A stretch of 61,921 nucleotides of DNA from Acutalibacteraceae bacterium (GTDB lineage: Bacteria > Bacillota > Clostridia > Oscillospirales > Acutalibacteraceae): assembly GCA_045596125.1 (NCBI GenBank), contig JAZOBT010000089.1, positions 1 through 61,921 of the forward strand. Direction: 5' to 3'. A program made the translations under genes and the position numbers. Under the pieces are notes generated by a model. It was not told the DNA's origin and did no database searches. It was given only the letters and a program-made list of their open reading frames with translations. Positions 19,971-28,982 of this stretch are shown here, piece by piece (position 1 is the stretch's first letter; each line of letters opens with the position of its first letter).

Positions 19971-20870
19971 CTATTTCTCAAAAACTATAATATGACCGAG
20001 CTTTTCATCATCCTTTTCATCCAACAAAAACAAACCGTTCTCTGTCAACAATTCCTTTACTTGGTCAACATCCGAAAACAATCTAATCTTGCATAACCAA
20101 TCCCTCGCTTCCGAGGGACTGAATCCATACCTTTGGAAATATGAATACCAAAGTGTTTTTTCTTGTCTTAAACAATGAATTATAAATCGCCCTTTTGGCG
20201 CAAGAACTCGCACCGCCTCAGTCAATATTGTTGGAATCTCTCGACATTCTTCTAGACCGGCATTTGAACATACCGACGTAAACATTTCATTGTCAAACGG
20301 AAGGCTCCAGAGCGATGTTGCAATTCCGAGCCCATTTACCTTGTAATATTTTGCCAGCGCATCCGCATTTTTAGCACAAACAAAGTCGATGTCGGCACCC
20401 ATATAATAGTCTTTTTCACGCATATTCATCATAACAGCATTGGTTCCACCACCGGCACCTACAGTTAATTCGAGGATGTGATTGCTGTTATTATGTAGCA
20501 CATTACTTGAGTAAAAGCGCCAAAAATCAGGATTTGTTTCCTGCCACTTCGAAGCTTGAATTGCTTTCTTCTCCCCATTTTCAATTCGTGAGCTCCTCGT
20601 TATTGCTTTAATCATTGAATGTTTATCAATATCATCGCTAAGTCCGTTTCTGCCGGACGCCCATGTAGCACTTCCGTTTTGGGAATAATAAATAAGCTTC
20701 GATATGAACGTTTCTTTATCCGGAATATGCCGTTTCAAAAATACGTCCTTTTCTAAATAAAAATTTTCGGGATTATCAGGATAATTTTTCATCATATTCT
20801 CGTGTATAAAACTTTTAAGGGCGGGAATATTGTCCCAAAATAAAACTTCGTCTAAAGAATTAAGAACCAT
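19971..20870 (-). CDS. class I SAM-dependent methyltransferase (orphan, AT-rich)
   Basis: ILELTVGAGGGTN motif I-like and VLAPKGRFII. Clearly lower GC and different codon use than the flanks. Confidence 0.6.
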   Translation of the reverse strand: MVLNSLDEVLFWDNIPALKSFIHENMMKNYPDNPENFYLEKDVFLKRHIPDKETFISKLIYYSQNGSATWASGRNGLSDDIDKHSMIKAITRSSRIENGEKKAIQASKWQETNPDFWRFYSSNVLHNNSNHILELTVGAGGGTNAVMMNMREKDYYMGADIDFVCAKNADALAKYYKVNGLGIATSLWSLPFDNEMFTSVCSNAGLEECREIPTILTEAVRVLAPKGRFIIHCLRQEKTLWYSYFQRYGFSPSEARDWLCKIRLFSDVDQVKELLTENGLFLLDEKDDEKLGHIIVFEK

Positions 20871-20905
20871 ACATCCTCCTTCGCAAACTACAAAAAGCTA
20901 TTATA

Positions 20906-20934
20906 ATTATACGGAGTCCTTTAACGAATAACAA
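20906..20934 (-). promoter_or_regulatory. putative promoter of the methyltransferase gene
   Basis: Minus strand: TTGTTA, 17 nt, TATAAT. Confidence 0.45.
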
Positions 20935-20936
20935 GT

Positions 20937-20965
20937 ATTGTAATTTGATCAATTTTCTGGTATAA
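20937..20965 (+). promoter_or_regulatory. orphan sigma-A-like promoter
   Basis: TTGTAA, 17 nt, (TGG)TATAAT. No ORF follows it. Confidence 0.45.
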
Positions 20966-20981
20966 TATATGTGTAGACACA

Positions 20982-21026
20982 ACACCGCTGAGAGGAACTA
21001 TAATGGTCACTCTCAGCGGTGTTTTA
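20982..21026 (+). terminator. strong hairpin plus T tract about 10 nt after the predicted TSS (attenuator or end of a tiny RNA)
   Basis: ACACCGCTGAGAG, 16-nt loop, CTCTCAGCGGTGT followed by TTTAATAT. Confidence 0.55.
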
Positions 21027-21120
21027 ATATAATAAGTCTGCTAAAAAGAACGAGAAAACAGCATCCTACTAAATAGTTACTTAGCAAATTCCAAAGCCTT
21101 ATTCTGATTTTATGGTTTTA

Positions 21121-21290
21121 AGTGATATTCCGCCTTCGCCGGAGTGATAGTATTACCTTACGGTAATAGTGCTATTGAAGCCTTGCGGTTTCAGTGTTAT
21201 TTTATTCGCCGTAATCTGCCGTAGGCAATATCACTTGTCGTAAGACAAATATCACTGCGGAGCAATAAAACTCGCCATAGGCGAATAAAA
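21121..21290. repeat. array of AGTG(A/C/T)TA motifs alternating with 5-7 bp tetraloop hairpins
   Basis: Four forward AGTGnTA (21121, 21143, 21169, 21193) and two TATCACT (21229, 21250). Hairpins include TATTACC-TTAC-GGTAATA, TGAAGCC-TTGC-GGTTTCA, TTGTC-GTAA-GACAA and TCGCC-ATA-GGCGA. Confidence 0.55.
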
Positions 21291-21323
21291 CGGCCCAAGG
21301 TGTCCTTATGACATCTTGGGCCG
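21283..21323 (-). terminator. glmM terminator
   Basis: Minus strand: CGGCCCAAG-loop-CTTGGGCCG followed by TTTTATT. Confidence 0.7.
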
Positions 21324-21339
21324 GAAACGGTTTTTAATT

Positions 21340-22698
21340 TTATTCTTTTTCGCCGATTTGGTCTTGTATTACCTTGGCAACCGCCTCTGTCTGCGCCTGC
21401 ACCAAGTCTTCATTATCACCCTCAGCCATCACACGAATGAGCGGCTCCGTGCCGGAGGGACGCACCACAATACGTCCGCTGCTGCCCAACTCTTCTTTCG
21501 CCTTCTCGATCGCCGCCTTGATCGCACTGTTGGTGTAGAACAGGCGCTTGCCTTCGTGGCTGACCTTCAAGTTGACAGTATGTTGCGGGTAACGCTTCAT
21601 CACTTGCTTCAAATCACTGAGTGAACGACCGCACCGCTTAAGGTACGACAGCAGTTGCACCGCCGTCAGTTGTCCGTCACCCGTCGTAGCAAAATCACGA
21701 AAAATAATGTGTCCCGATTGCTCGCCGCCGAATGCAAATTCACCCAACAAGAGCTCTTCCAACACATAGCGGTCGCCGACCTTCGTCGCGATGAATTGCA
21801 ATCCCTGCTCTTCACAGAACTTGGTGAAACCAAAGTTGGTCATAATGGTACCGACCACAGTATCCCCCGGTAACTTGCCACGCTCACGAAGATCCAGCGA
21901 ACAGATTGCCATGATCTCGTCGCCGTCTACTACCGTACCCGTGTGGTCAACACACAGGCAACGGTCGGCGTCACCGTCAAAGGCAATACCCAATTCCATA
22001 CCGTTATCGGTTACATACTTGGAAAGCGCCTCCAAATGCGTGGAACCGCACTTATCGTTGATGTTTACGCCGTTCGGTTTGTCATGCAACACCGTCACAT
22101 TGCAACCCAACTCGCGGAACAACCGCTCCGCCGTCGTGGAGGCCGCACCGTTGGCACAGTCAATCGCGATGCGCATCCCTTCGGGCGCAAACAAAACGGT
22201 GCTCTTCAAGTGATCGATATAGTCCTTTGCCGCCTGCGGCGCAAACGACACCTTACCCACTTCGCCGCCCGTCGGCGCAGGATGCACGTAATTCTCATCC
22301 AACACGATATTTTCGATCTCTTCTTCGAGTTCATCCGGCAGTTTGTATCCGTCACCGCTGAACAATTTAATACCGTTAAACGGCGCGGGATTGTGCGATG
22401 CGGAGATCACAATACCCGCATCCGCCTTGTATTTGCCCACCAAAAATGCCACCGCGGGCGTGGGGATCACACCCAAACGGATGACATCCGCGCCCACCGA
22501 GCACAAGCCCGCCGTGAGCGCCGCGTCCAACATTTCCGACGAAGCACGCGTATCCGTACCGATCACAAAGATCGGTCGACGTCTGCCGTCTTTGGCAAGC
22601 ACCGTTGCCGCCGCACGGCCGATATTCATTGCCAATTCACACGTCAGCTCGGTGTTAGCAATGCCGCGTACACCATCCGTCCCAAACAATCGTCCCAT
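21340..22698 (-). CDS. glmM: phosphoglucosamine mutase
   Basis: MGRLFGTDGVRG, SASHNP phosphoserine loop and FDGDADR. The ATG overlaps the upstream stop (TGATG). Confidence 0.95.
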   Translation of the reverse strand: MGRLFGTDGVRGIANTELTCELAMNIGRAAATVLAKDGRRRPIFVIGTDTRASSEMLDAALTAGLCSVGADVIRLGVIPTPAVAFLVGKYKADAGIVISASHNPAPFNGIKLFSGDGYKLPDELEEEIENIVLDENYVHPAPTGGEVGKVSFAPQAAKDYIDHLKSTVLFAPEGMRIAIDCANGAASTTAERLFRELGCNVTVLHDKPNGVNINDKCGSTHLEALSKYVTDNGMELGIAFDGDADRCLCVDHTGTVVDGDEIMAICSLDLRERGKLPGDTVVGTIMTNFGFTKFCEEQGLQFIATKVGDRYVLEELLLGEFAFGGEQSGHIIFRDFATTGDGQLTAVQLLSYLKRCGRSLSDLKQVMKRYPQHTVNLKVSHEGKRLFYTNSAIKAAIEKAKEELGSSGRIVVRPSGTEPLIRVMAEGDNEDLVQAQTEAVAKVIQDQIGEKE

Positions 22699-23375
22699 CA
22701 CACAGTCCTCCTCGGTACAATATTACCTTCGCTCTTATAAATGTGTGCCGCGGGTATCACACCACGCACACTGGACAACGGATATACTTGCGTTCCCGCA
22801 CCAATGACCGTACCGGGATTGAGTACACAGTTACACCCGATCTCCGCACGATCGCCAAGCATCGCACCGCATTTGCGAAGTCCGGTCGCGATCTGCTCGT
22901 CGCCGTTTTTGATTACAACATTGGAATGATCACCCTTTACATTGGATGTAATGGCACCCGCTCCCATATGCGCACGCCAACCCAATACCGAGTCACCCAC
23001 ATAATTGTAATGCGGCACTTGCACGCCGTCAAACAGCAAGACGTTTTTCAGTTCCGTAGAATTCCCCACAACCGCGCCCTTGCCTACGAGTGCCTTGCCG
23101 CGCACGTAAGCACCGGGGCGAACCTCGGCATCCTCATCGATGATGCACGGACCCGAAATCACCGCTGACGGTGCAACGGTGGCACTCTTTGCCACCCAGA
23201 TATCTTCGCCGCGTTGCTCGTACCGATCCGGCGGCAACTGTGCACCCAGCTCGCGGATATGCTCGCCCAAGTTGGGCAATATCTCCCACGGATAGGTGTA
23301 GGTCAGCAGGATCTCACCCGCTATGCTGTTTGTTGCATCAAACAACTCTTTTGTCAATACCATTTGCCTCTTCAC
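22698..23375 (-). CDS. left-handed beta-helix (hexapeptide) acyltransferase resembling the GlmU C-terminal domain
   Basis: Hexapeptide repeats (VGKGAVVGNSTELKNVLLFDGVQVPHYNYVGDSVLG). Translationally coupled to glmS (ATGA) and to glmM. Confidence 0.75.
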   Translation of the reverse strand: MKRQMVLTKELFDATNSIAGEILLTYTYPWEILPNLGEHIRELGAQLPPDRYEQRGEDIWVAKSATVAPSAVISGPCIIDEDAEVRPGAYVRGKALVGKGAVVGNSTELKNVLLFDGVQVPHYNYVGDSVLGWRAHMGAGAITSNVKGDHSNVVIKNGDEQIATGLRKCGAMLGDRAEIGCNCVLNPGTVIGAGTQVYPLSSVRGVIPAAHIYKSEGNIVPRRTV

Positions 23376-25186
23376 TCCACTGTTACACTTTTTGCTAAAT
23401 TACGCGGATGATCAATATCACATCCACGGAAAAGCGCTGTATAATACCCTAACAATTGCAGCGGCACAATACTCAGCGACGCCTGAAACAACGGATCCGT
23501 CTGCGGGATCACAAAAACATCCTGCCCCGCTTGTGCCTGCGTGGTGATGAGCACCACCCGCGCGCCGCGCGCGCATACCTCTTGTACATTCGACATGGTT
23601 TTGGATGACAACGACGGCTCACACGCGATCGCCACCACAAGAGTCCCCTCTTCAATGAGTGAGATACTACCGTGTTTCATCTCGCCTGCGGCATACGCCT
23701 CGGAATGGATATAACTGATTTCCTTCAGTTTCAGCGACGCTTCCAGCGCCGTGGCATAATCCAACCCGCGCCCGATGAAATAAGCATCCTTCAACTTTGC
23801 CATCGTCTCGGCCAACGTCTTCATTGGATCGGCGATATCCAACAGCTGCCCCATCTGCGACGGTAACTCTCGCAAGCACGCGGTCAATTGCTGTATGCGC
23901 GGCGCATCCACACACCCACGCAATACCGCCAAACGTATCGCTATCAAATAGAGTGCCGCTAACTGCGCGGTGTACGCTTTGGTAGTCGCCACGGCGATCT
24001 CAGGGCCGGCACGCGTCAGCAATACCAACTCGCTTTCCGACGCCAAACTGCTGCCCGCTACGTTTACGATCGACAGCACCCGTGCCCCGTGAGCCTTCGC
24101 CTCACGCAGTGCCGCCAAAGTGTCGGCAGTCTCGCCCGATTGGCTGATGAAGATCACCAAGGTATGTGCATCCAAGAGCGGCTCCCGATACCGAAATTCC
24201 GAAGCGAGATCGGTTTCGGCAGGGATGCGGGCAAGTCGCTCAATGACTTGTTTTCCCACCATGCCCGCGTGGTAAGCCGAACCGCATCCCACCAAAACAA
24301 CACGATGCAAATCCGCCGCCTCATCTGCCGCGAGCGGTAAAACCTCCTCGGATACCAACCCATCGGGCAACAAAAACGGAAACAATGTCTCCGCCAGCGC
24401 CTCCGGCTGTTCTCGGATCTCTTTCAACATAAAATGGGCGTACTCGCCGCTGTCCGCTTGCTCAACGCGCCACGCCACCGTCTCGATCGCTCGTTCAATA
24501 CGGTTGCCGTCGGCATCGCGGATCTCATAGTTCTCGTTTGACAAACATACCATTTCTCCGTCTTGCAACGGGATCACCCGATCGGTATACGGTATCACGG
24601 CAGGCATATCCGAAGCCAAAAAAACACCGTCATCCGCCACACCCAACACGAGTGGGCTATGCTGTCGCACCGCATACACCGTATGCGGTTGTGCCGCACA
24701 CACGATCGCCAGCGCAAAGGAGCCGGTCAGCCGTGCCGTAACGCGGCGAAGCGTTTCCCATATATCCGCACACTCTTCCCGCTCCAGCAAATGCGCCACC
24801 AGTTCGGTGTCGGTATCCGAACGCAAGGTAACACCCGCCTCGATCAATTCCCGACGCAATACCGCCTCGTTTTCAATGACGCCGTTGTGCACCACAGCAA
24901 ACCGCCCGTTCGCACTGCTGTGCGGATGCGCGTTCACCGTACTCGGTTTCCCGTGCGTTGCCCACCGCGTATGCCCGATACCGGTGGTTTGTTGCAACCC
25001 CTCACCACCGTTTAACCGCGCCGTGAGCACCGATAATCGGCCCGCCTCTTTGTATAACGCAAGTCCTCGTTCATCCGCAAGCGCAATTCCCGCCGAGTCA
25101 TACCCTCGGTACTCCAATCGTGACAACCCTTGCAGTAACAACGCCGCCGCAGGCTGCCGCCCTTGATATCCTACGATGCCACACAT
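23372..25186 (-). CDS. glmS: glutamine--fructose-6-phosphate aminotransferase
   Basis: MCGIVGY Ntn nucleophile, two SIS domains, C-terminal KSVTVE. Confidence 0.97.
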   Translation of the reverse strand: MCGIVGYQGRQPAAALLLQGLSRLEYRGYDSAGIALADERGLALYKEAGRLSVLTARLNGGEGLQQTTGIGHTRWATHGKPSTVNAHPHSSANGRFAVVHNGVIENEAVLRRELIEAGVTLRSDTDTELVAHLLEREECADIWETLRRVTARLTGSFALAIVCAAQPHTVYAVRQHSPLVLGVADDGVFLASDMPAVIPYTDRVIPLQDGEMVCLSNENYEIRDADGNRIERAIETVAWRVEQADSGEYAHFMLKEIREQPEALAETLFPFLLPDGLVSEEVLPLAADEAADLHRVVLVGCGSAYHAGMVGKQVIERLARIPAETDLASEFRYREPLLDAHTLVIFISQSGETADTLAALREAKAHGARVLSIVNVAGSSLASESELVLLTRAGPEIAVATTKAYTAQLAALYLIAIRLAVLRGCVDAPRIQQLTACLRELPSQMGQLLDIADPMKTLAETMAKLKDAYFIGRGLDYATALEASLKLKEISYIHSEAYAAGEMKHGSISLIEEGTLVVAIACEPSLSSKTMSNVQEVCARGARVVLITTQAQAGQDVFVIPQTDPLFQASLSIVPLQLLGYYTALFRGCDIDHPRNLAKSVTVE

Positions 25187-25302
25187 CACTGTATTCCCCT
25201 TTCACACTACTCAATATATAACTAGTGTTTCCCGGAATACACCAAAAAAAGCGATTGACTGATAGTACAAAATAAACGGCTTTTTTGTCAAAACCATTGT
25301 TT

Positions 25303-25331
25303 AGTATACTCGTTTTTTTGATATTTGTCAA
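25303..25331 (-). promoter_or_regulatory. sigma-A promoter of glmS
   Basis: Minus strand: TTGACA, 17 nt, TATACT. A second TTGACA...TACTAT lies about 40 nt downstream. Confidence 0.6.
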
Positions 25332-25430
25332 TAAAAACCTAAAAAAAGGGGAAAGCGTACCCGTCACGTATCACGTTACAACTTGACCCTGCCCCCAAAC
25401 ACTGGTATACTGTTGGCAAGGAGGGATTGT

Positions 25431-26675
25431 ATGACACACTCGTATGACATCGCCATCGTCGGCGGCGGAGCTTCGGGCTTGGCGGCAGCGGTATTTTGCG
25501 CGCGCGAACGCGGGAACGGTGCGGGCATCGTTGTGCTGGAAAAACAACCGCGTGTCGGCAAAAAATTGCTCGCCACGGGCAACGGCACCTGCAATCTCAC
25601 CAATCGCCGTGCCGCACCCGCGCATTATCACGGCGACGGAGCGGAATCGTTTGTCACGCCCGCGTTGACAGCCTTTCCCGCCGAATCGTGCCTTTCGTTT
25701 TTCAACTCCCTCGGTGTGTTGTGCTCCCCGCGTGAGGAAGGTCGCGAATACCCCTTGTGCCAACAAGCGGGCGCCGTGTTGGATTGCCTGCGTTTGGAAC
25801 TCGCCGCACAGGGCGTGACCGAACAATGTGACGCCGCGGTCACCGCTATCAAACCGCGCGGCGGCGGCTTTGCTCTTACCCTGTCCAACGGCGATACCGT
25901 TCACGCAAACGCCGTGCTCCTGTGTACCGGCGGTGCGGCTTCTCCCTCGCTCGGCGGTTCGTCCGACGGATATGCGCTGGCTACCGCACTGGGACATCGC
26001 AAAACGCCCCTGTTCCCCTCCATCGTGCAGGTGCGCACCGATACCACATTTGTACGTGCTATGAAAGGACTGCGCACCAACGCCACCGTCACGTTCTGCT
26101 TGGATAACACACCCTTGTGTTCATATACCGAAGAGTTATTATTTACCGAATACGGCATTTCGGGTCCCGCCGTGATGCAGATCTCCCGCGTTGTCGGCGA
26201 TTGGGAACGCCGCAAAAACGGTGCTATGACCGCCGTGATCGACCTGTTACCCACCGTGGACGAACCCGCTTTGCTCAGCTTATTGAAAACACGTTGCTCC
26301 TTTTCGCGCACGGCGGCGGATTTCCTCACAGGTATATTGCATAAACGCATCGGCCAAACCGTATGCCGCGCCGCAGGCTTTGCACTGGATCAAATGATGT
26401 CCTCGCTTTCCGCCAACGACCTGCGCAAACTGGTTGCCACGATAAAGCACTTCACGTTGCCCGTTGTCGGCACACAAGGCCTCGCGGGCGCACAAGTCAC
26501 CGCAGGCGGCATCGCCACAGCGGATGTCGATCCGCACACGATGATGTCTCGTCGCGTACCGAACCTGTATCTTTTAGGCGAACTGCTGGACGTGGACGGC
26601 GATTGCGGTGGTTTTAACCTGCAATGGGCGTGGGCTTCCGCCTACGTAGCGGCAAAGGCGGTGACACGGCGATGA
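25431..26675 (+). CDS. HI0933/BaiN-like NAD(P)/FAD-dependent flavoprotein
   Basis: YDIAIVGGGASGLAAA dinucleotide fold, KKLLATGNGTCNLTN, and C-terminal GGFNLQWAWASAY. Confidence 0.85.
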   Translation: MTHSYDIAIVGGGASGLAAAVFCARERGNGAGIVVLEKQPRVGKKLLATGNGTCNLTNRRAAPAHYHGDGAESFVTPALTAFPAESCLSFFNSLGVLCSPREEGREYPLCQQAGAVLDCLRLELAAQGVTEQCDAAVTAIKPRGGGFALTLSNGDTVHANAVLLCTGGAASPSLGGSSDGYALATALGHRKTPLFPSIVQVRTDTTFVRAMKGLRTNATVTFCLDNTPLCSYTEELLFTEYGISGPAVMQISRVVGDWERRKNGAMTAVIDLLPTVDEPALLSLLKTRCSFSRTAADFLTGILHKRIGQTVCRAAGFALDQMMSSLSANDLRKLVATIKHFTLPVVGTQGLAGAQVTAGGIATADVDPHTMMSRRVPNLYLLGELLDVDGDCGGFNLQWAWASAYVAAKAVTRR

Positions 26676-28261
26676 TCGAGATCAGCGGTCTGCGTCTGCC
26701 CCTTTCCTACACGCAAAACGACCTGATGCGCGCTGCTGCCAAGAAATTGGGCATCGCACCCGCACGCATCACTGTATGCCGTTTACATCGCCGCTCAGTA
26801 GATGCACGAAAAAAGCCATCCCTATTTTTTGAAATTACCGTCGGTGTCACAGTGCCCGACGAGGAGGCGGTTCTCGCTTCGTGCCGTCAACCCGGCATTA
26901 AGCGTTATGCGCCGCTTTCTTTTTCAATTTCCGCGCCCGCCCGAAAACCCGCCTTGCGCCCCGTCGTCATCGGCAGTGGTCCCGCAGGTCTGTTCGCGGC
27001 ATTGATGCTCGCGCGGGCGGGTTTGCAACCAATTTTGTTGGAACGCGGTCACCCCGTCGAAGAACGGCAACAGCACGTCTCGCTTTTTCGCGCCACGGGC
27101 GTACTCAATACGCAGTCTAACGTACAATTCGGCGAAGGCGGTGCGGGGACTTTTTCCGACGGAAAACTGAATACCGGCATCCGTGACCCGCGTTGCCGCT
27201 TGGTACTGGAAGAACTGGTTGCCGCGGGCGCACCCGAAGAGATCTTGTGGCAAGCCAAGCCCCACGTAGGCACCGATCGGTTGTGCACCGCCGTCAGTGG
27301 TCTGCGCAAGCAAATTTTATCGCTGGGCGGGGCGGTGCGTTTCCAAACACAAGTGGTCGGTGTACGCATTGAACAAGAAAACCTTGTCGGTTTGACCTTG
27401 CGCACCCCGCACGGCACCGAAGAACTCCCGTGTGACCGCGCGATCCTCGCCATCGGTCACAGCGCACGCGATACCATGGCGATGTTGCACGACAGCGGCG
27501 TCCCGATGGAACAAAAACCGTTCGCGGTAGGGGTGCGTATTGAGCATCCCCGTGAAATGATCGATCGCAGTCAATACGGCGCCGCCGCGGGACACCCCGC
27601 TCTCGGTGCCGCCGATTATAAATTGAACATTCCCCTGCCCGACGGCAAGGGTGTTTACACGTTCTGTATGTGCCCCGGCGGTGAGGTCATCGCCGCCGCG
27701 TCCGAAGAAGGCGGTGTCGCGGTCAACGGTATGAGCGTGTTTGCCCGCGATGCCCGCAACTCCAACAGCGCTCTGCTGGTAGGTGTTGCCCCCACCGATC
27801 TCCACAACCCTCACCCGTTAGCGGGCATCGACCTACAACGGCAAATAGAACGCGCCGCCTTTGCACTCGGCGGCGGCAATTACCACGCCCCCGTACAGTT
27901 GGTTGGTGACTTGTGCGCCGGTCGCGCCAGTCGATCGCTCGGTGATGTAGAACCATCGTATCGCCCCGGTGTCACACCATCGGATCTGCGCGAATGTCTG
28001 CCGCCGTTCGTGGTGCAATCACTAAAATGCGCTTTGCCGCGTTTGGGTCAAAAGCTCCGCGGATTTGACCGCTACGATGCTGTGCTGACCGGCGTGGAAT
28101 CGCGCAGCTCCTCCCCTGTACGCCTCCCGCGTGACGAGGGATGCCAATCTGCGGTACGCGGCCTGTTCCCTTGCGGAGAGGGCGCGGGCTACGCGGGCGG
28201 TATCACTTCCGCCGCTGTTGACGGCATTCGCTGTGCCGACGCACTCATCCAAAGTTTGTAA
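26672..28261 (+). CDS. FAD-dependent protein (COG2509-type)
   Basis: ATG overlaps the upstream stop (ATGA). VVIGSGPAGLFAA, FCMCPGGEV and GEGAGYAGGITSAAVDG motifs. Confidence 0.8.
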   Translation: MIEISGLRLPLSYTQNDLMRAAAKKLGIAPARITVCRLHRRSVDARKKPSLFFEITVGVTVPDEEAVLASCRQPGIKRYAPLSFSISAPARKPALRPVVIGSGPAGLFAALMLARAGLQPILLERGHPVEERQQHVSLFRATGVLNTQSNVQFGEGGAGTFSDGKLNTGIRDPRCRLVLEELVAAGAPEEILWQAKPHVGTDRLCTAVSGLRKQILSLGGAVRFQTQVVGVRIEQENLVGLTLRTPHGTEELPCDRAILAIGHSARDTMAMLHDSGVPMEQKPFAVGVRIEHPREMIDRSQYGAAAGHPALGAADYKLNIPLPDGKGVYTFCMCPGGEVIAAASEEGGVAVNGMSVFARDARNSNSALLVGVAPTDLHNPHPLAGIDLQRQIERAAFALGGGNYHAPVQLVGDLCAGRASRSLGDVEPSYRPGVTPSDLRECLPPFVVQSLKCALPRLGQKLRGFDRYDAVLTGVESRSSSPVRLPRDEGCQSAVRGLFPCGEGAGYAGGITSAAVDGIRCADALIQSL

Positions 28262-28262
28262 C

Positions 28263-28299
28263 AAAAAGAACCTGCACCGATCGGTGCAGGTTCTTTTTT
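28263..28299. terminator. bidirectional terminator
   Basis: AAAAAGAACCTGCACCGATCGGTGCAGGTTCTTTTTT perfect palindrome. Confidence 0.7.
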
Positions 28300-28795
28300 A
28301 TGCTTCTTTGTGCTCTGCAAACCATGCAGGCAGGTCGATAACGCGTTGATTGCGACTACCGCGGAACTGTAATTCCAAATCGCGTTGCGCCTCAATATAC
28401 GGACCATCGATCAAGGTATCCACCAACCACAACAGGCGCATCACCCACGGGTCGGTCTTCCCTTTTTCCAACAATTGCTCCAACGTGTAACCGGAATACG
28501 CTACCACAGTTTTTCCCATCTCGCGCACACGCTGTGCCAGCTCACACAACGCTTCCGCTTGGCAAAACGGTTCTCCGCCCGACAACGTCACACCGGCAAG
28601 CAACGGGTTCTCCCGCATTTCACCGATCAAGTCATCCACGGTACGTTTGATTCCGCACCCGAACGGGTGCGATTGCGGATTGTGGCACCCCACACAATGG
28701 TGTGGACACCCTTGCACAAACACCACATAGCGAAATCCGGGTCCGTCTACGATCGATTCGGGTTCAATACCGCAAACATCAATCACTGAGGCCAT
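28298..28795 (-). CDS. nrdG: anaerobic ribonucleoside-triphosphate reductase activating protein (radical SAM)
   Basis: ESIVDGPGFRYVVFVQGCPHHCVGCHN (CxxxCxxC). Start taken at MASVIDV. Confidence 0.9.
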   Translation of the reverse strand: MASVIDVCGIEPESIVDGPGFRYVVFVQGCPHHCVGCHNPQSHPFGCGIKRTVDDLIGEMRENPLLAGVTLSGGEPFCQAEALCELAQRVREMGKTVVAYSGYTLEQLLEKGKTDPWVMRLLWLVDTLIDGPYIEAQRDLELQFRGSRNQRVIDLPAWFAEHKEA

Positions 28796-28934
28796 GCTTG
28801 ACTCGCTCTCTCTCCTCGGCGCGCTTGGCATTGTTGAAACGATCGGTCGTACCGACCAAATAGCCGGTAATACGGCGAATACGCTCAAATTTCATATCCT
28901 TACCTACTTCGGTAACACAAACTTTCTTTTCCAT
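28779..28934 (-). CDS. 51-aa stand-alone NrdD glycyl-radical segment (not in the ORF track)
   Basis: AAGGAG 9 nt upstream of the ATG. Translation is MEKKVCVTEVGKDMKFERIRRITGYLVGTTDRFNNAKRAEERERVKHGLSD. The 3' end overlaps the nrdG start. Confidence 0.7.
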   Translation of the reverse strand: MEKKVCVTEVGKDMKFERIRRITGYLVGTTDRFNNAKRAEERERVKHGLSD

Positions 28935-28982
28935 TGTCAAACACTCCTTTTTTAAATTCTATTGTATAAGAACTGCGTCTGA

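Noticed and set aside
21121-21290. CRISPR array
   Set aside because: The repeat units are only 7-8 bp with 22-25 bp spacing and appear in mixed orientation. No cas genes or leader are present.
25187-25370. Possible glmS ribozyme in the glmS 5' UTR
   Set aside because: The minus-strand leader is short (about 65-110 nt from the two candidate promoters) and AT-rich. It shows none of the conserved ribozyme core segments I remember (AGCGCCAGAACU..., GACGAGGA...). A covariance-model scan is still needed for certainty.
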